Source of the DNA: Epiperipatus broadwayi
Taxonomy: Eukaryota; Animalia; Onychophora
Reading direction: 5' to 3'
Length of the DNA stretch: 64,000 nt
Assembly: GCA_028023455.1 (NCBI GenBank)
Contig: JAQFVV010000003.1
Coordinates: 16,244,001-16,308,000 of the forward strand
The translations under genes and the position numbers were made by a program. Every line of letters starts with the position of its first letter. Positions within the stretch are counted from its first letter, which is position 1. The notes under the pieces were generated by a model, which was not told the DNA's origin, did no database searches, and worked only from the letters and a program-made list of their open reading frames with translations. Positions 11,938 through 24,216 of the stretch are shown piece after piece.

Positions 11938-14900
11938 CATTGTCATTATTTTCAATCATTATTGATCCATTGCAGGATGAAAATCTCCAATTTCAACCCA
12001 TCTCCTATCTCTTGCCTCTCTTCTCCATATCACACCAGCACATTCTCTTATTTCAACCTTCCATCTCACATGTCTGTTTCTAGGTTTTTTATATACAATA
12101 TCTTTAAATTCAGTTTAAGATTTCAACTGCCTATCTATTATCATTTCTTCTAGCAATATATTCCATCCAATTTCACTTCATTCTTTTAATTCTTTAAATG
12201 ATTTCAGTGACTGTTTGTTTTCTCACCCATGTATTTCATTTCGTTCTCTTCGTGTTATTCTTAACATGCATTTTTCATACTTTGTTGAGTAGTCTAAAGT
12301 CTCTGTATTGCTCTTTTGTTAACTGTCCAAGTCTCAGATCTGTACATAAGAACTTGTACCATACATTTATTAAAAACTTTTTTTTTCAAACACATAGACA
12401 TATTTTCTTTTAATATTAAATTACTTTTACCAAAAGAACTCCAACCAAGTTTAATTCCATGATTAATTTCATCCATTATGTTTTCATCTGAGTAATAATC
12501 TGACTATGATATTTGTAGTTGTTATCTTTTTCTAACTCATCATTATCAATTTTTATTGTCTTTTGAGAAAACCTACTGGACATTCCTTAGTCTTTTTAAC
12601 ATTTATCTTTAATCCTACTTTCTTACTTTCATTTGTTAACTCTTGCAACATTTCCTGAAGCTCTAAAGCATTATTTGGACAAACAACTACATCTTCTGCA
12701 AAATTTAGATGGCTTCATTAAATAATCTCCATTTACTTTTGTTCCCTTAGCTTCTCATTTTAATCCACAAAATACTTCTTGCCAAATTGCTGTAAAAAAT
12801 TTTGGAGATAGAGAATCAACTTATCATACACTCTTCTAAATGTTAATCTTTTTAATATAATTATTTAATCTAATTGTGTTGCATTTTTATAAATATTCTT
12901 CAGAATATGACAGCATATTGGATCTACACCTTGATGATCCAATGCTTCAATCACTGAAAAAATGTTTATAGAATCAAATGCTTTTTCATAGGCTATAAAT
13001 CCAAAGCATAATGGCAACTTATATTTATTGGTGCTTTCTATAACTTGTTTCAATACTTAGATATGATCTATTGTACTAAAACCATTTTTAAATCTAACTT
13101 GTTATTGTTGGTAAGCTTGCTGTAAATGAGTTCCAATTATTTTGGTAAAACTTTTGTATAGAACTGATAAAAGATTGGTAGGTCTGTAATTTCTGACATC
13201 TTCTGTATCACCTTTTTAAAATATATTATTACTGCATTCCTCCAATCATCTGGCACGTGTTTATCATTTAGTATATAACTTTATCAAAAAAAATTATATT
13301 TCTTCACCTGCTTCTTTTAGGATATTGATTATAATTTCATCATTACTTGGAGTTTTTCCCTTCTTCACAAATTTAATTGCATAGTTCACTTTTTCATTTA
13401 AAATCCTGGGCATTTCAGAAGATACAGTAGTTGTAGGAGGTACTTTTCTTTATGTCTATATAATTCTTGTTAGAACTCTTCTATGCATTTCATATCATCT
13501 TTTTTTTAGTAATAGTTTCATCTTTTTTTCTTATTGCAAAAATAAGTTTCCTACCAATACCAAAATGTTGCTTTACACTTTTAAGAATTTTATTCTCTTC
13601 TATAACTTTCCTTACTTGTTCATAATTATACTTTCTTATAACATTATCATTTTTTTTGCAACATTTTATAAAATTTGAGATATTCAATTCTTCTTAATAT
13701 ATCATTTTTATATAGTTTCATATTCCTTCCCTTTTCCATAAATTATCTTGTCTTAGAAATTTTACTGTTCAATTGCTGCTTTTTTGTATCAGTTATTTTT
13801 GGTGCAGTTTTTATATCAGTTATTTTCCTATTGATATCATTCAAATCTGAATTATGCTCAAAATTTGTTAATGTTTGAAAACAATTTGCAAACTCTAAAT
13901 TTATCGGAATGTTTCTGAAGATTAGATTTATCAACTGTGAATTTTGTCTTATCATACAGCTTACTAATTGATGATCCTGTTATACGTTAAATTTATTAAG
14001 AACATTGCAATCTAGAAATACATATTTCCTAGTTGTCAAAATGTAATTCATTTATGCTTTGCCTTAATTTGGATGCTTCCATGTACATTTTCCGTTTAAC
14101 ATTTTTCTCAAAAAAAAAAAGAATTCATAATAGTTTTTCTTTTTCTGCAAACTCCACAAGTCTATGTTCTCTCTCATTTCTATTACCATAACTAAATTTA
14201 CTTACAGCACTTTCTTCTTTCAATTATTTATCAATTTTTGCATTAAAATCTTCTATTACAATTTTGAAATGTTGTCTGGTCTGATCAAAAGTCTTTTATA
14301 CATCCATATAAATATAAAAGTTCTCTATCTTTTCATCATAATGTGAACTTGATGGGGCATACTTATCTGCATTTAATATCAGTTATTAAGTTGACTAACT
14401 AATCTTGTTATTCTGTCTGATATATCATCAGTCTCCACAAGATTGCTCTTTCACTCTATATTTACAATGAATCTTATTCCATTTATACTTCCAATGCTTG
14501 TGGCTTTGTAATATAGTACATGTCCACCTTTTAAATCAATTGTCTCTTCATCTTTTCTTCTAACTTCACAAAGTCCAATAACATCCCATTTAATATTAGA
14601 TAGTAGTACTTCTAGTTCTTGCAATCTTCCTTCACTTGAAAGTGATCTACAGTTGTAAGTATCTAAATAAAAGGTCATCATCAAATGGCAGACTGGGTCC
14701 ACAATCAGGAGATTCTTAGCATCCTATACCTTTTGCCACAACTACTGCCTAGATTAGTGATTTTACAGTTTTCTTGAAATAAAGGCTATGATTTATTTTT
14801 GTCTGTCATGATTGTAAATATCTATTATCAAAAGAAAATTCTATTCACACACACATTCATTCTACTTTCAAGAAAACTCAACTGATATTTCAATTAAGAG

Positions 14901-14985
14901 CTATCAGACAACTGAAAAGAAAAACCATGGTGTTTCTTTATCTTAAACTCAGAGGTAAAAAGCCAATAAACTCACCATACTGGCT
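11938..14985 (-). mobile_element. Near full-length RTE-clade LINE, ORF disrupted (copy 1)
   Basis: APE start TYNCRSLSS..WDVIGLCEVRR (ORF 14451-14702); RT motif FIAYEKAFDSI (12865-13053); short-repeat tail; colinear with copies 2 and 3. Confidence 0.95.
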
Positions 14986-15106
14986 GATGTGTGTTGGTTT
15001 TTAGTGCATGGTAAATAGAAAGCATTTAATACAAAATGTTTTTTAATCTTATTATTTTTTAGTATTCACATGTTTTGCAATTTCGTTTCTATTAAAAAAT
15101 GTATTC

Positions 15107-15444
15107 ATATATAAATTCAACTTAAATGATGTATTTATTATTTACAGTAATATATATAAACTCTTAAGTGTCAAATCGATTTAAGTTTTAGAAATTTTAT
15201 TTATTCAAAAGATCGCACAAAGTACTTTAAATCGATTTGACACTTCTAGTTTATATATACCTCTTGATAATTCATATAGTATTGCGGAAATATCAAGTGA
15301 TATATATAAACCACAAGTGTCAAATTAAAGTACGTTCTGCAATCCTTTGAATAAAACTTCTAAAATTTAAATGTTTGACACTCAGAGTTTAGATATATAT
15401 TACAGTAAATAATAAATACGTCATTTAAAATTGAACTCATATAT
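15107..15444. repeat. Nested fold-back (palindromic) element
   Basis: Outer inverted arms of about 120 bp; the sub-unit TATATATAAAC..AAGTGTCAAAT occurs four times in alternating orientation. Confidence 0.75.
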
Positions 15445-15503
15445 AGATTGTTTATCAAAAGAAAATTGTAAAATATTTGAATGCCAAAAAATAAAAAATA
15501 ATT

Positions 15504-15784
15504 GAGATAAAAAATATTTTATATTAAATGTTTTTATTTGTCATTCATTAAAAACCCAAAAATAATTATGTCTTCAATCACTATTGGGATTTTTAGATTG
15601 AACTTAAAATAAAGGTGTGGTAGGTCCAGAAATTAATTGACTCCATCTTTATGTGCCCCCTCCTCCCTTGACACTTTTACTTCAAGTTCAATCTAAAATC
15701 CTCAATTGTGGTTGAAGAAGCAATTATTTTTTTGGTTTTAGTACCCAATAAATAAAATCACTTACTATAAAATATTTTTATCTC
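15504..15784. repeat. Fold-back / MITE-like element
   Basis: Imperfect inverted arms about 15504-15620 and 15672-15784 around a 50-bp spacer. Confidence 0.7.
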
Positions 15785-16379
15785 TGTTATTAGCTATTGT
15801 ATTTTATCTATGTATTATATTAAGTTTTATCTTAATGTATATTATATACATAAAGTTACATTATTTTTATATTAAATAAAACAATTTACATTTTAATAAA
15901 TATTTCTGTCCTCAAAGAATGTATAAAATTGAAATCACAAAATGTTAAAATGCATGAAAAGTAAATATTTTGAAATATTATCCATCTGATATGTCTTCTT
16001 TATTGTATTGGTTGTCAAAATAACAATTTAATTGGGAATATATTCTTGCACTTTGAATCTAGATGAATTTCTTGTAGATAAGTTAAGTTTGTATTCATAT
16101 TGGTAGATATATTTAAAAAACAAACAAAACGATTTGATATTAAATATGTTTATTTAATTTATATATAAGTATTAGGAAATTTTGTCATTATTTTAAACAT
16201 AAAACCAACTGAAATTCTATTTTAAATTTATTATGAATCTATAATAAAAACAATAATAGACCTTATATCTAAATTTTACATGTTTTGTTAAGTAAAGAAA
16301 AAAAATAATTTGTTTATTTTTACAAAAATATTCATATGTAATATAAATAAAATGTCTGTTAATTAAAACAAAATTGTAG

Positions 16380-17767
16380 TTATAATAAAAATAATAAATT
16401 TAACGGTAATAAACTATTAAAAACAGTCTTTAAATCTGCAGAAGTACTTCCGGTTACTTTCTTAAACCTGCCTCAACATACATTAAAAAGTAACGGTATT
16501 TGTAAATATATGATAAAGTTTATTGTTGATTCTTTAAAAAATTTTAATGATAACATTGTTGCATCTTTTGAAGATCAATATTATAAAATGTCTAAAGGTT
16601 GGCCTATGGGTCTGCCTATAGTTGCACAAGTTTGCAATTTTGTGTTGTCTATATGAGAGTGATATTTTAAATATGTGCTCTTTTAAAAATATTAAAATTT
16701 ACAAAAGGTATGTGAATGATGTTTTGGTTTGTGAAAATACTAATACTATAAATTTGCTTGTAGAGGAATTAAATAATTTGAATAGCTTGAAATGGACCAT
16801 TGAAAAGGAACAGGTCAAAAATATTAAATATTTGGATTTAATTATTATAAGAGATAACAGTATATTAAATTATAAATTAATCATCAAGCCATTGCAAAAA
16901 AGGGAACATATAAATTGTAAATCAAAAGTACCACTTATGCATAAGATGGCAAGTTTTAGATCTTTTTTGTTTTGTAACGAAAAATTATGTCATTACCAAA
17001 GTGATAAACGAAAAATATTGAGATATTTGCCAAGGAATTGCTTGATGTTGGTTATAAAATGGAACAAATAAACAATACTTTATGTCAATTTAAAAAGAGT
17101 TATAATGGTTTAAAGGAAATGAAGATTGATAGTAAACAATGGATATCTATTCCATTTATTTCAAATCTATAAGTGAATTTTTTTAAAGATATATATATAA
17201 GAACATGTTTAATGTATCATTCTATGTTTCAAACAATGTTAATAAATTAATCAATAATTCTAAGGATGTCATACCTATCAAGCAGAAATGTAATATATAT
17301 CAAATTTTTTGTGACTATGTTATCATATATAAGTGAATCGAGGTGCATTATTGAGAAGAGATTAAAGGAGCATGAATTCTTATATAAACTTGTAAAAAAG
17401 TAAGAATAATTGTGATTTAATGACTGCTTCAATTTTCTTTGATCATGAAAAAACATGTAAATATAAATTTAAATTTGATTTTTAAAGTATGAAAATTCTT
17501 CATGAAGAGAGAAACCATAATAAAAGAAAAATTAAGGAGACAATTTTTTTATACAGGAATAAAATGCATTTAATAAATAGACAAACTGCTCACATTAAAA
17601 TACGGGATTCATGGGACTTGAATTGATGATGTTTGTTTCCGCTTTGGGTTTTTTTTTTAATTTAATGGCAGTTAAGGCAGGTTTAATAAATTAACCAAAA
17701 GTACTTTTGCAGATTTAAAGACTGTTTTTAATAGTTTATTACCTTAAATTTATTATTTTTATTATAA
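16380..17767 (+). mobile_element. 5'-truncated Penelope-like element with an inverted partial pLTR
   Basis: RT motifs KGWPMG, YKRYVNDV and YLDL; GIY-YIG remnant CDYV..ISESR..EKRLKEH; inverted repeat 16380-16477 vs 17671-17767. Confidence 0.9.
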
Positions 17768-17830
17768 TTAAAAATATTCACATTTATAAAAACAAGAATT
17801 AAGTATTTATTTTTGCATTTACTTTGAAAT

Positions 17831-17946
17831 TTCCTATTTTATTTCATTGGCTTATTAACATAAAAAATCTTAAGGGGAAATCACAGAATTTTCTATTTTA
17901 TTTTATTGGCTTATTAATGTAAAAAATCTTAAGGGGAAATCACAGA
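17831..17946. repeat. Tandem duplication, 2 x about 57 bp
   Basis: 17831-17887 and 17890-17946 are near-identical. Confidence 0.85.
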
Positions 17947-18024
17947 TGATTTAATTTGATAATTCCTTTTGTTTATATTCTAAATTTTTTGTTGTGTCTA
18001 TCAGTAATGTTTGCTATTTGATGG

Positions 18025-18867
18025 TATTGTGTTTGTAAAAATATGTACATTGCAATTCAATAATTATAAATTATAAGTCTTTTTGTACTCCAGAAAAAGT
18101 AAGGAAAATATATTAGAGGAATATATTTTTTTAGATCACTAATTGATAAGAATAAAATTAATGAACGTTTGGGTAAAGTAAGTTAAGAAAAGTGAACGAA
18201 CATTGCGTAATTAAATCAGATAGAAAGTAAAAAGGTTTAATTAAAAATTAATTTTGCATAAGATTTAGCAATAGAAAATATTTATTTAATATGCAATAAG
18301 AAAATTGTGTTTGGTAAATGATAAGAAATATTTGCTAATTACAAATATTTCTTGATACAATAGAAATGGAACTGACTAATTAAAAACACCAGAAATAAAA
18401 CAAGACTGATAACAATCAAGGATGGACTCTGGATTTCTGGAGGCCAAACTGTGTGAATAAATAGCATATATAGTAAAGTGCATCGTTCTCATTCCAGTGG
18501 ATTTACTAAAGTGAACTTATTGGTGGGAGATTTTAATGAACAATGGCTGGAAGAAGCTTAAGTGATGGGATAGCACTCTAGTGTGGAACCAGCATGATTG
18601 TGAGCAGCAGTGAACAAAGCAAAAGAATTCCATTAGTTTGAGAAGTCAAACCAAAATGTTTTGGAAACCGGGGTCAAAGAAAACATCCAGAAAGCATCAA
18701 GTTGTTACCTGCGTCATGGGAATTGAACCATAAGTGAATTATATATATACTGTGTTGGAGTGATCAATAACTTTCACTATTAATAATGTTTCATTATTCA
18801 CTCGTCTAAATTTCATTTATTGATTTATTTGTTGGTATTCTGAGTGCCTGCATTCAAATACACAACA
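18025..18867. mobile_element. Solo LTR (Gypsy/BEL-like)
   Basis: Termini TATTGTGT (TG mutated) and ACACAACA form a short inverted repeat; 5-bp TSD GATGG at 18020-18024 and 18868-18872. Confidence 0.6.
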
Positions 18868-21039
18868 GATGGTTATTCCATTAATGATTATTATGATATA
18901 GATATACAGAAATTAAAAGATATACTCAATTTGATTTTTAATAATTTTTATTTATTACTTTTATTTAAAAATGAAAAAAATATAGTGGATTAAAATATGT
19001 AGCACATTGTCCTTTATTTGTATCCAGGTTTTGCTGACATGGAGAAATTGAATGCTTATTTCATGTGAGATATCTTTTGATATTGTTGACATTCTACTTC
19101 AATGCAATTCAATGATATTTGGTATCTTTATTTTAAATTTTAAGCAATTTCATAAAAAAAGGATGTGTTGATATTTAATCTGTAGAATACAAAAGGCATC
19201 AAATGCTTCCTCTTCATCCAGTTCTGGAATTTGTTAGCATACGCAAATCTATGTGCTATTACTAACAATTGAATGTATTTGAAATATTTAAATAAAGTTA
19301 AATTTTTCTAAAGATATTCAATACTTATATTAGATGATGGGAATAGTCCAATATATAAATACAACTAAAATACCATCACCACAAACCTTCAGGAAAACAC
19401 TAATAAGATCCTCCATTTGTTATTTGAAAATATCTCATGAATGTATGTAGGGGATGAGTTATATCCATTAGATTTTTTTGAACATCCTGAATATATTAAG
19501 GTTATTTAAAAAATAAAAATGATTGTATTTTATATTCATTGTGTAGTTTATTATCAGGTACTATTACAGACGTGCACTTTATGTAGCTTTTCAAAAATTG
19601 TTTCTGTGTTTACTGTGTGTATGTCAATTCAGCAACTGAATACGAGAAAATGTAATTTAGTAGTAATGTACTATAATTAAATAATTTTTGTTTTTGGATG
19701 TGGTAGTTTGCCTTTAACCATAACAATGATTTTGCGACTTTTCATTGCGTTTAAAATTAAAAAAAAACAACAACTAATAATCCGACTTGTTAATTGTGCT
19801 TGCATTCGTGTCTATAAATTTTCTGACTAACAATTAAAAATTTTAAAATTTATTTTGCATGAGTTTGTCCAACTAATAGACCTAAAGATAATTTATGTGT
19901 ACTGTATATACTTTCTATATATATATATTTTAGAAATTGATCGTTCTCACTCTTATATTGCAAACTTTAAAAAAGCAACACTAACGGTCCTGAGATGCAT
20001 TTTAATCAATAAGTTCTCAGTTACACTAAATTTGATATAACATTCCAAAGCCATAATAAATAAACACTAGCAGATAAAATGTATATATATTAAAAACATA
20101 TATTCAGAGACAATATATCAATGACATATGCCAAAATCATGCTTTAAATATATGTGATAAAGTTGGTTGATCAAACCCCACAAGCATATAAATTAATAAA
20201 AATATTAAGTCATCCATATCAATGTTAACTTGATATTTTTCTTAATTTATAAGTTTTTGTAGTTTGATTAACTAATTTTATCACTTTCTCTCTCTCTCTC
20301 TCTTTCACACACAGGCACACATAATGAAAAGGTGATTTGTTTTCTTTCCAAGTTTACTGTAGTGCTGTCTTTGAATTGTCAGGTGTTGTATAACAACTTA
20401 TTTTAATTATTCATCACAAACCATCTAGCATATCTGGATCAGAGTTCTGAAATGAAATATGACAGTATTTAGGGATAATTGTATTAAAAAAGATATTTTA
20501 ATATAATTTTTTTTTCTCCATATAGATATCTACATCCAAGATTTTATATGATGTGTTATATTTAATTTGAAATTATAACCCAATGGTCTCACAATATTAT
20601 CCTACACATGACTATTTTCTGTACAGTAATATACTTTTTCTCCTTATAAAATTTGTATTAGAAAGATTATTCATTCAGGAGATCATGTGATGTTCAAGCA
20701 CCAGAAATTACATGTTATGCTTTAAATGAGGACATTTAGCTCTTGGGTCTGTCACTTTTTCACTGCATTGAGCTTTATGTTGGAGTTTATGTACCATTTT
20801 AAGTAATTAAATGTAGAGCTGAACTTTGAGAAGAAATTATACAAGAAGTATTGTAATAAAATAAACATAGATATTCACAATTAAGAAACTATTTAAAGAG
20901 ATGATGGAAAGAAAACCAATTTTTTGAACTTGTGTTTTAAATGGGTAATAATATAAAGAATTTGATGTATAGAATCCAAAATAAGTAAAAAGAAAACATG
21001 AATAGATGTAGGGAAGTGGTCCTGTTTCACAGTACTATT

Positions 21040-21330
21040 TCATCTATCTATTTTTTGGGTGATCAATTTCTTTTTTATCTCTTTTCATCAATCTAAAGAC
21101 CAATGTCTTCCTATTATTATTCATTTAATATCTGTGTCTAAAAAATCTCAGCTTTCTGTATCAATTTTTTTCTTTTGGATGCTTTTAATTTTTTTTCTTT
21201 ATGACCATCTGTGTCCATCTTATTCAGTATTTTTCTACAACATTCTCAAAACTCTAAACTTAATTTCTTTATCAGTGTTTTTATTTTAAACCATAAACTA
21301 TGTGCTGACTATAGACTTTCTCAACCCTTC
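21040..21330 (-). mobile_element. Degenerate LINE C-terminal fragment
   Basis: Minus-strand RKIL..W/MDT-like motif typical of RTE/CR1 C-termini; heavily decayed. Confidence 0.35.
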
Positions 21331-22344
21331 TATAAGTTTGCTTAACAATTTTATAAAAAAATATTCTAACATCAGAGATGAACAAAGAGTTCATCACAAA
21401 TGAACTTAGTTAAAAACCATAGTAAATCTATCAAACCATCTAATTATTGTTTGGTAAATGAATATAGATTCTTAGGTGGAGGTTAAATGTTCCAGAATAA
21501 TTTAGGTTGGTCGGATGAGTAGTGATGCATGAAATTCATGTCACATACTTCATGTTTTGATTGTCAATATACCTGTAATATGATACAGTCTTGAAATGCT
21601 AATGTTTACAGTTATTAATTGATAAATGGGTATCTATTTTTCTCTCTGTGTTAAAGGTTCTGAGATGTAGATTGGTCAGATAAGTATTTATTTAAAGAGC
21701 AACAAAAGTATAACTCTAATATAATAAATCATTTACATACATCTACAAGTATTAAGTCAAAGGTTTTTCATATATAGATCTTAAAGGATATTGCTAGGTA
21801 GTGAAAGCTGATTACTTTTTCTTCATTTTCATTCTGATCCTCTAAGATTTTTGACTGCCAACATTGTTTTTATTTCATGATCATCTTTCTCTTATTATCT
21901 CTTTAATTTTTAAAAATCATGATTTTTTCATTACCCTTCTGACTGATATTTTTAGATACAAACTTATTTTTCCTCCATGTTTTTGTGTCTTTTATTATCT
22001 CCTCATTTACTCTTTCTATTTTCCCTCCTCAATCCCCTTCTTGGTTATTCTTTTTATCTTGACTTTTTCTTTATATATATATATATTGATAGATAGATGG
22101 ATGGATGGATAGATAGGAAAGTAGTAAAATATTCTCCAACAGCCATTTAGAGAAAAACAGTGGAGAAAGTTCTCGCCACACTTATCAAGTGCCAGATGGC
22201 AGCAGTTTGAGTTTTCTATTTATGAATAATTGGATATCTCCGTTTACTTATTAATTTTAAATGGTCATCTGAGTTGACTGTAATCTATCTAGCTGAAAGA
22301 AAAAACCTAAGCCTGATTAAAACCTCAAACAAAATTTAAATTTA

Positions 22345-22410
22345 GTTGACCCAGATTCAAATGTAGGTTTTAGGCCTAACATATAGATGCACTATCATTG
22401 CATCACGAGG
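22345..22410 (-). mobile_element. tRNA-derived SINE head (family S2)
   Basis: CCTCGTGATGCAATGATAG...TTTGAATCTGGGTCAA A/B-box-like; related to 55113-55177, including the downstream sequence. Confidence 0.55.
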
Positions 22411-23248
22411 TTTATCATCATCAAATTTATTTACTATGAAATTGTATTAAAGATAAGAGGGCGCACATCACTCAAATTATCTAAGTATTCATCACTAACA
22501 TATATATAATCAGTCAGCTTTGATTGAAAATGTTCTCTTTCTTTTAAACTCTTTTTTATTATAAATTTATCAGTCATTTGAGAATATCTGACGACTTAAA
22601 TTTTCAATTGCAGGATTTCTTTCTTTGTGATGAATAAAGTAATTTAATATTAGCATGCAAAATACGATTACTATGGTAATACTACAAAGAAAATCAATTA
22701 TTGAGCATTACAGATTGAAGTTTGACAAAAGATAAATAGATATAAATAACCACCACAACATTTACTTACAACAGAAATTAATACTCCACAAGCCTCTTTT
22801 ACATAATCAGAAATATTTTCCCCCCTCAAGTAATGTTACAACTATCAAAATAATTTTAGATATCAAATTTTTAATTTAAAAAGTCTATTTCAATACATGT
22901 ACATATATAAGTATGAGAAAAACAAAGTAACAATTAAATAGTCCTGAAAAGCACACACCTCCCAACTATCTACTTTTTATGAATATTGTAGAGATAGCCC
23001 ACTGGTTATTATTTGGTTGTTTTCTTTGCTTATTTCTTCTTTGTTTTCTATCCAACAAAAGTAAATTGTGTTTCCATCATCTAATATTAAATATTGAATA
23101 TCTTTAGAAAAGTTTATTTTTATTTAAATTTCCCAATTACATTTAACTATTAGTAATAGCACATATGTTAGTATATACACAATATTTTGGGTGGTATTAT
23201 TTTCCTCTCTTCTCTCAGATGTTGCTGGCATGACCTGTGATGGTATTA

Positions 23249-23327
23249 GCATAGGAATTGAAACTGGATCTTCAGATGCTTGAATATTGAATTTTAAGAT
23301 AACACTCTAACCAACTAAGCTATTCTG
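23249..23327 (-). mobile_element. tRNA-derived SINE head (family S1)
   Basis: CAGAATAGCTTAGTTGGTTAGAG...CCAGTTTCAATTCC; A and B box remnants. Confidence 0.6.
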
Positions 23328-23981
23328 CCAAATGCAACAGTTAGTAGAAATTTCATATACTTATCTGTGAGGTTTCTCCTGATTTCTCCACTTTTTTCTA
23401 TGAGCAATGTTTAATGAGGTTTCCAGATATTATGTATAGCCACACTAGATTGACTTATGGAATTATTTACCATTATCATGTGAGCAGAATCTTTGGATAT
23501 TTTTTTAGTATCTTTTCCTCTCCAATATTTTTTTATTTCCCAATCCAAAAAATTCCTATTGGTGCATACATGGTCTGCTCGTTTAAACAAATTGTTTTTT
23601 TTCTATTCACAAGTTTGTGCTCTTGCAATTGTTTTTGGTCTCATCAACATAGGTTCTTCCACATTTACATTACCATCATCACAGATCTTCGAGAAAATAG
23701 CAAAGGTAAATGTTTATGAAAAGAATATGTACACCCATTTGCTGGTCCTGCCAATCTAGTTGCATTGTGGCAATTTTTTTAGTTGACATTTTTTATTTGT
23801 CTTGTAGCTTAGTCATAATCAGTACCATTATTAAAAAATAACTATTTGCTTATTCTTAGTGAAAAGGTAAAAAACAAGGTAAGAAAAACAATAGTTGATT
23901 AGGCCTAATGAAAAATAACTTCTCTTTTACTGCTTTGCCTCCAGTTAGTTATATAAAGCTGCTTTTATATGTATATATATT

Positions 23982-24216
23982 ATGTATAGAGTTTGCAAAA
24001 ACAAACTTAACAAGCTTTAAGAATACCCTCAACCCCAGACCGTGATTTCTGCATCTAGTGTCGTCAGTGACCTTACTGACTAGATGCAGAAACTGTAGTC
24101 TGGGGTTGAGGATATTATTAAAGCTTGTTAAGAGTTTGTTTTTGCAAACTCTATATAACATTTGTAAATATGAGCTTTATTAAAATTAGATCATATGACA
24201 TCTGACTTGATTTTTT
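23982..24216. mobile_element. Hammerhead-bearing fold-back element, family A copy 1
   Basis: Inverted arms 23982-24066 and about 24076-24157; 3' tail ATTAGATCATATGACATCTGACTTGATTTT shared with 51609-52003; degenerate HHR motifs on both strands (24033-24070 minus, 24071-24105 plus). Confidence 0.8.

Noticed and set aside
17831-17946. CRISPR-like direct repeats
   Set aside because: Only two adjacent copies, no spacers, eukaryotic context
19150-19240. Possible minus-strand exon (branch-point-like TGCTAAC, AG acceptor, LDEEEAFDAFCIL peptide)
   Set aside because: No splice donor before an in-frame stop and no supporting neighbouring exons
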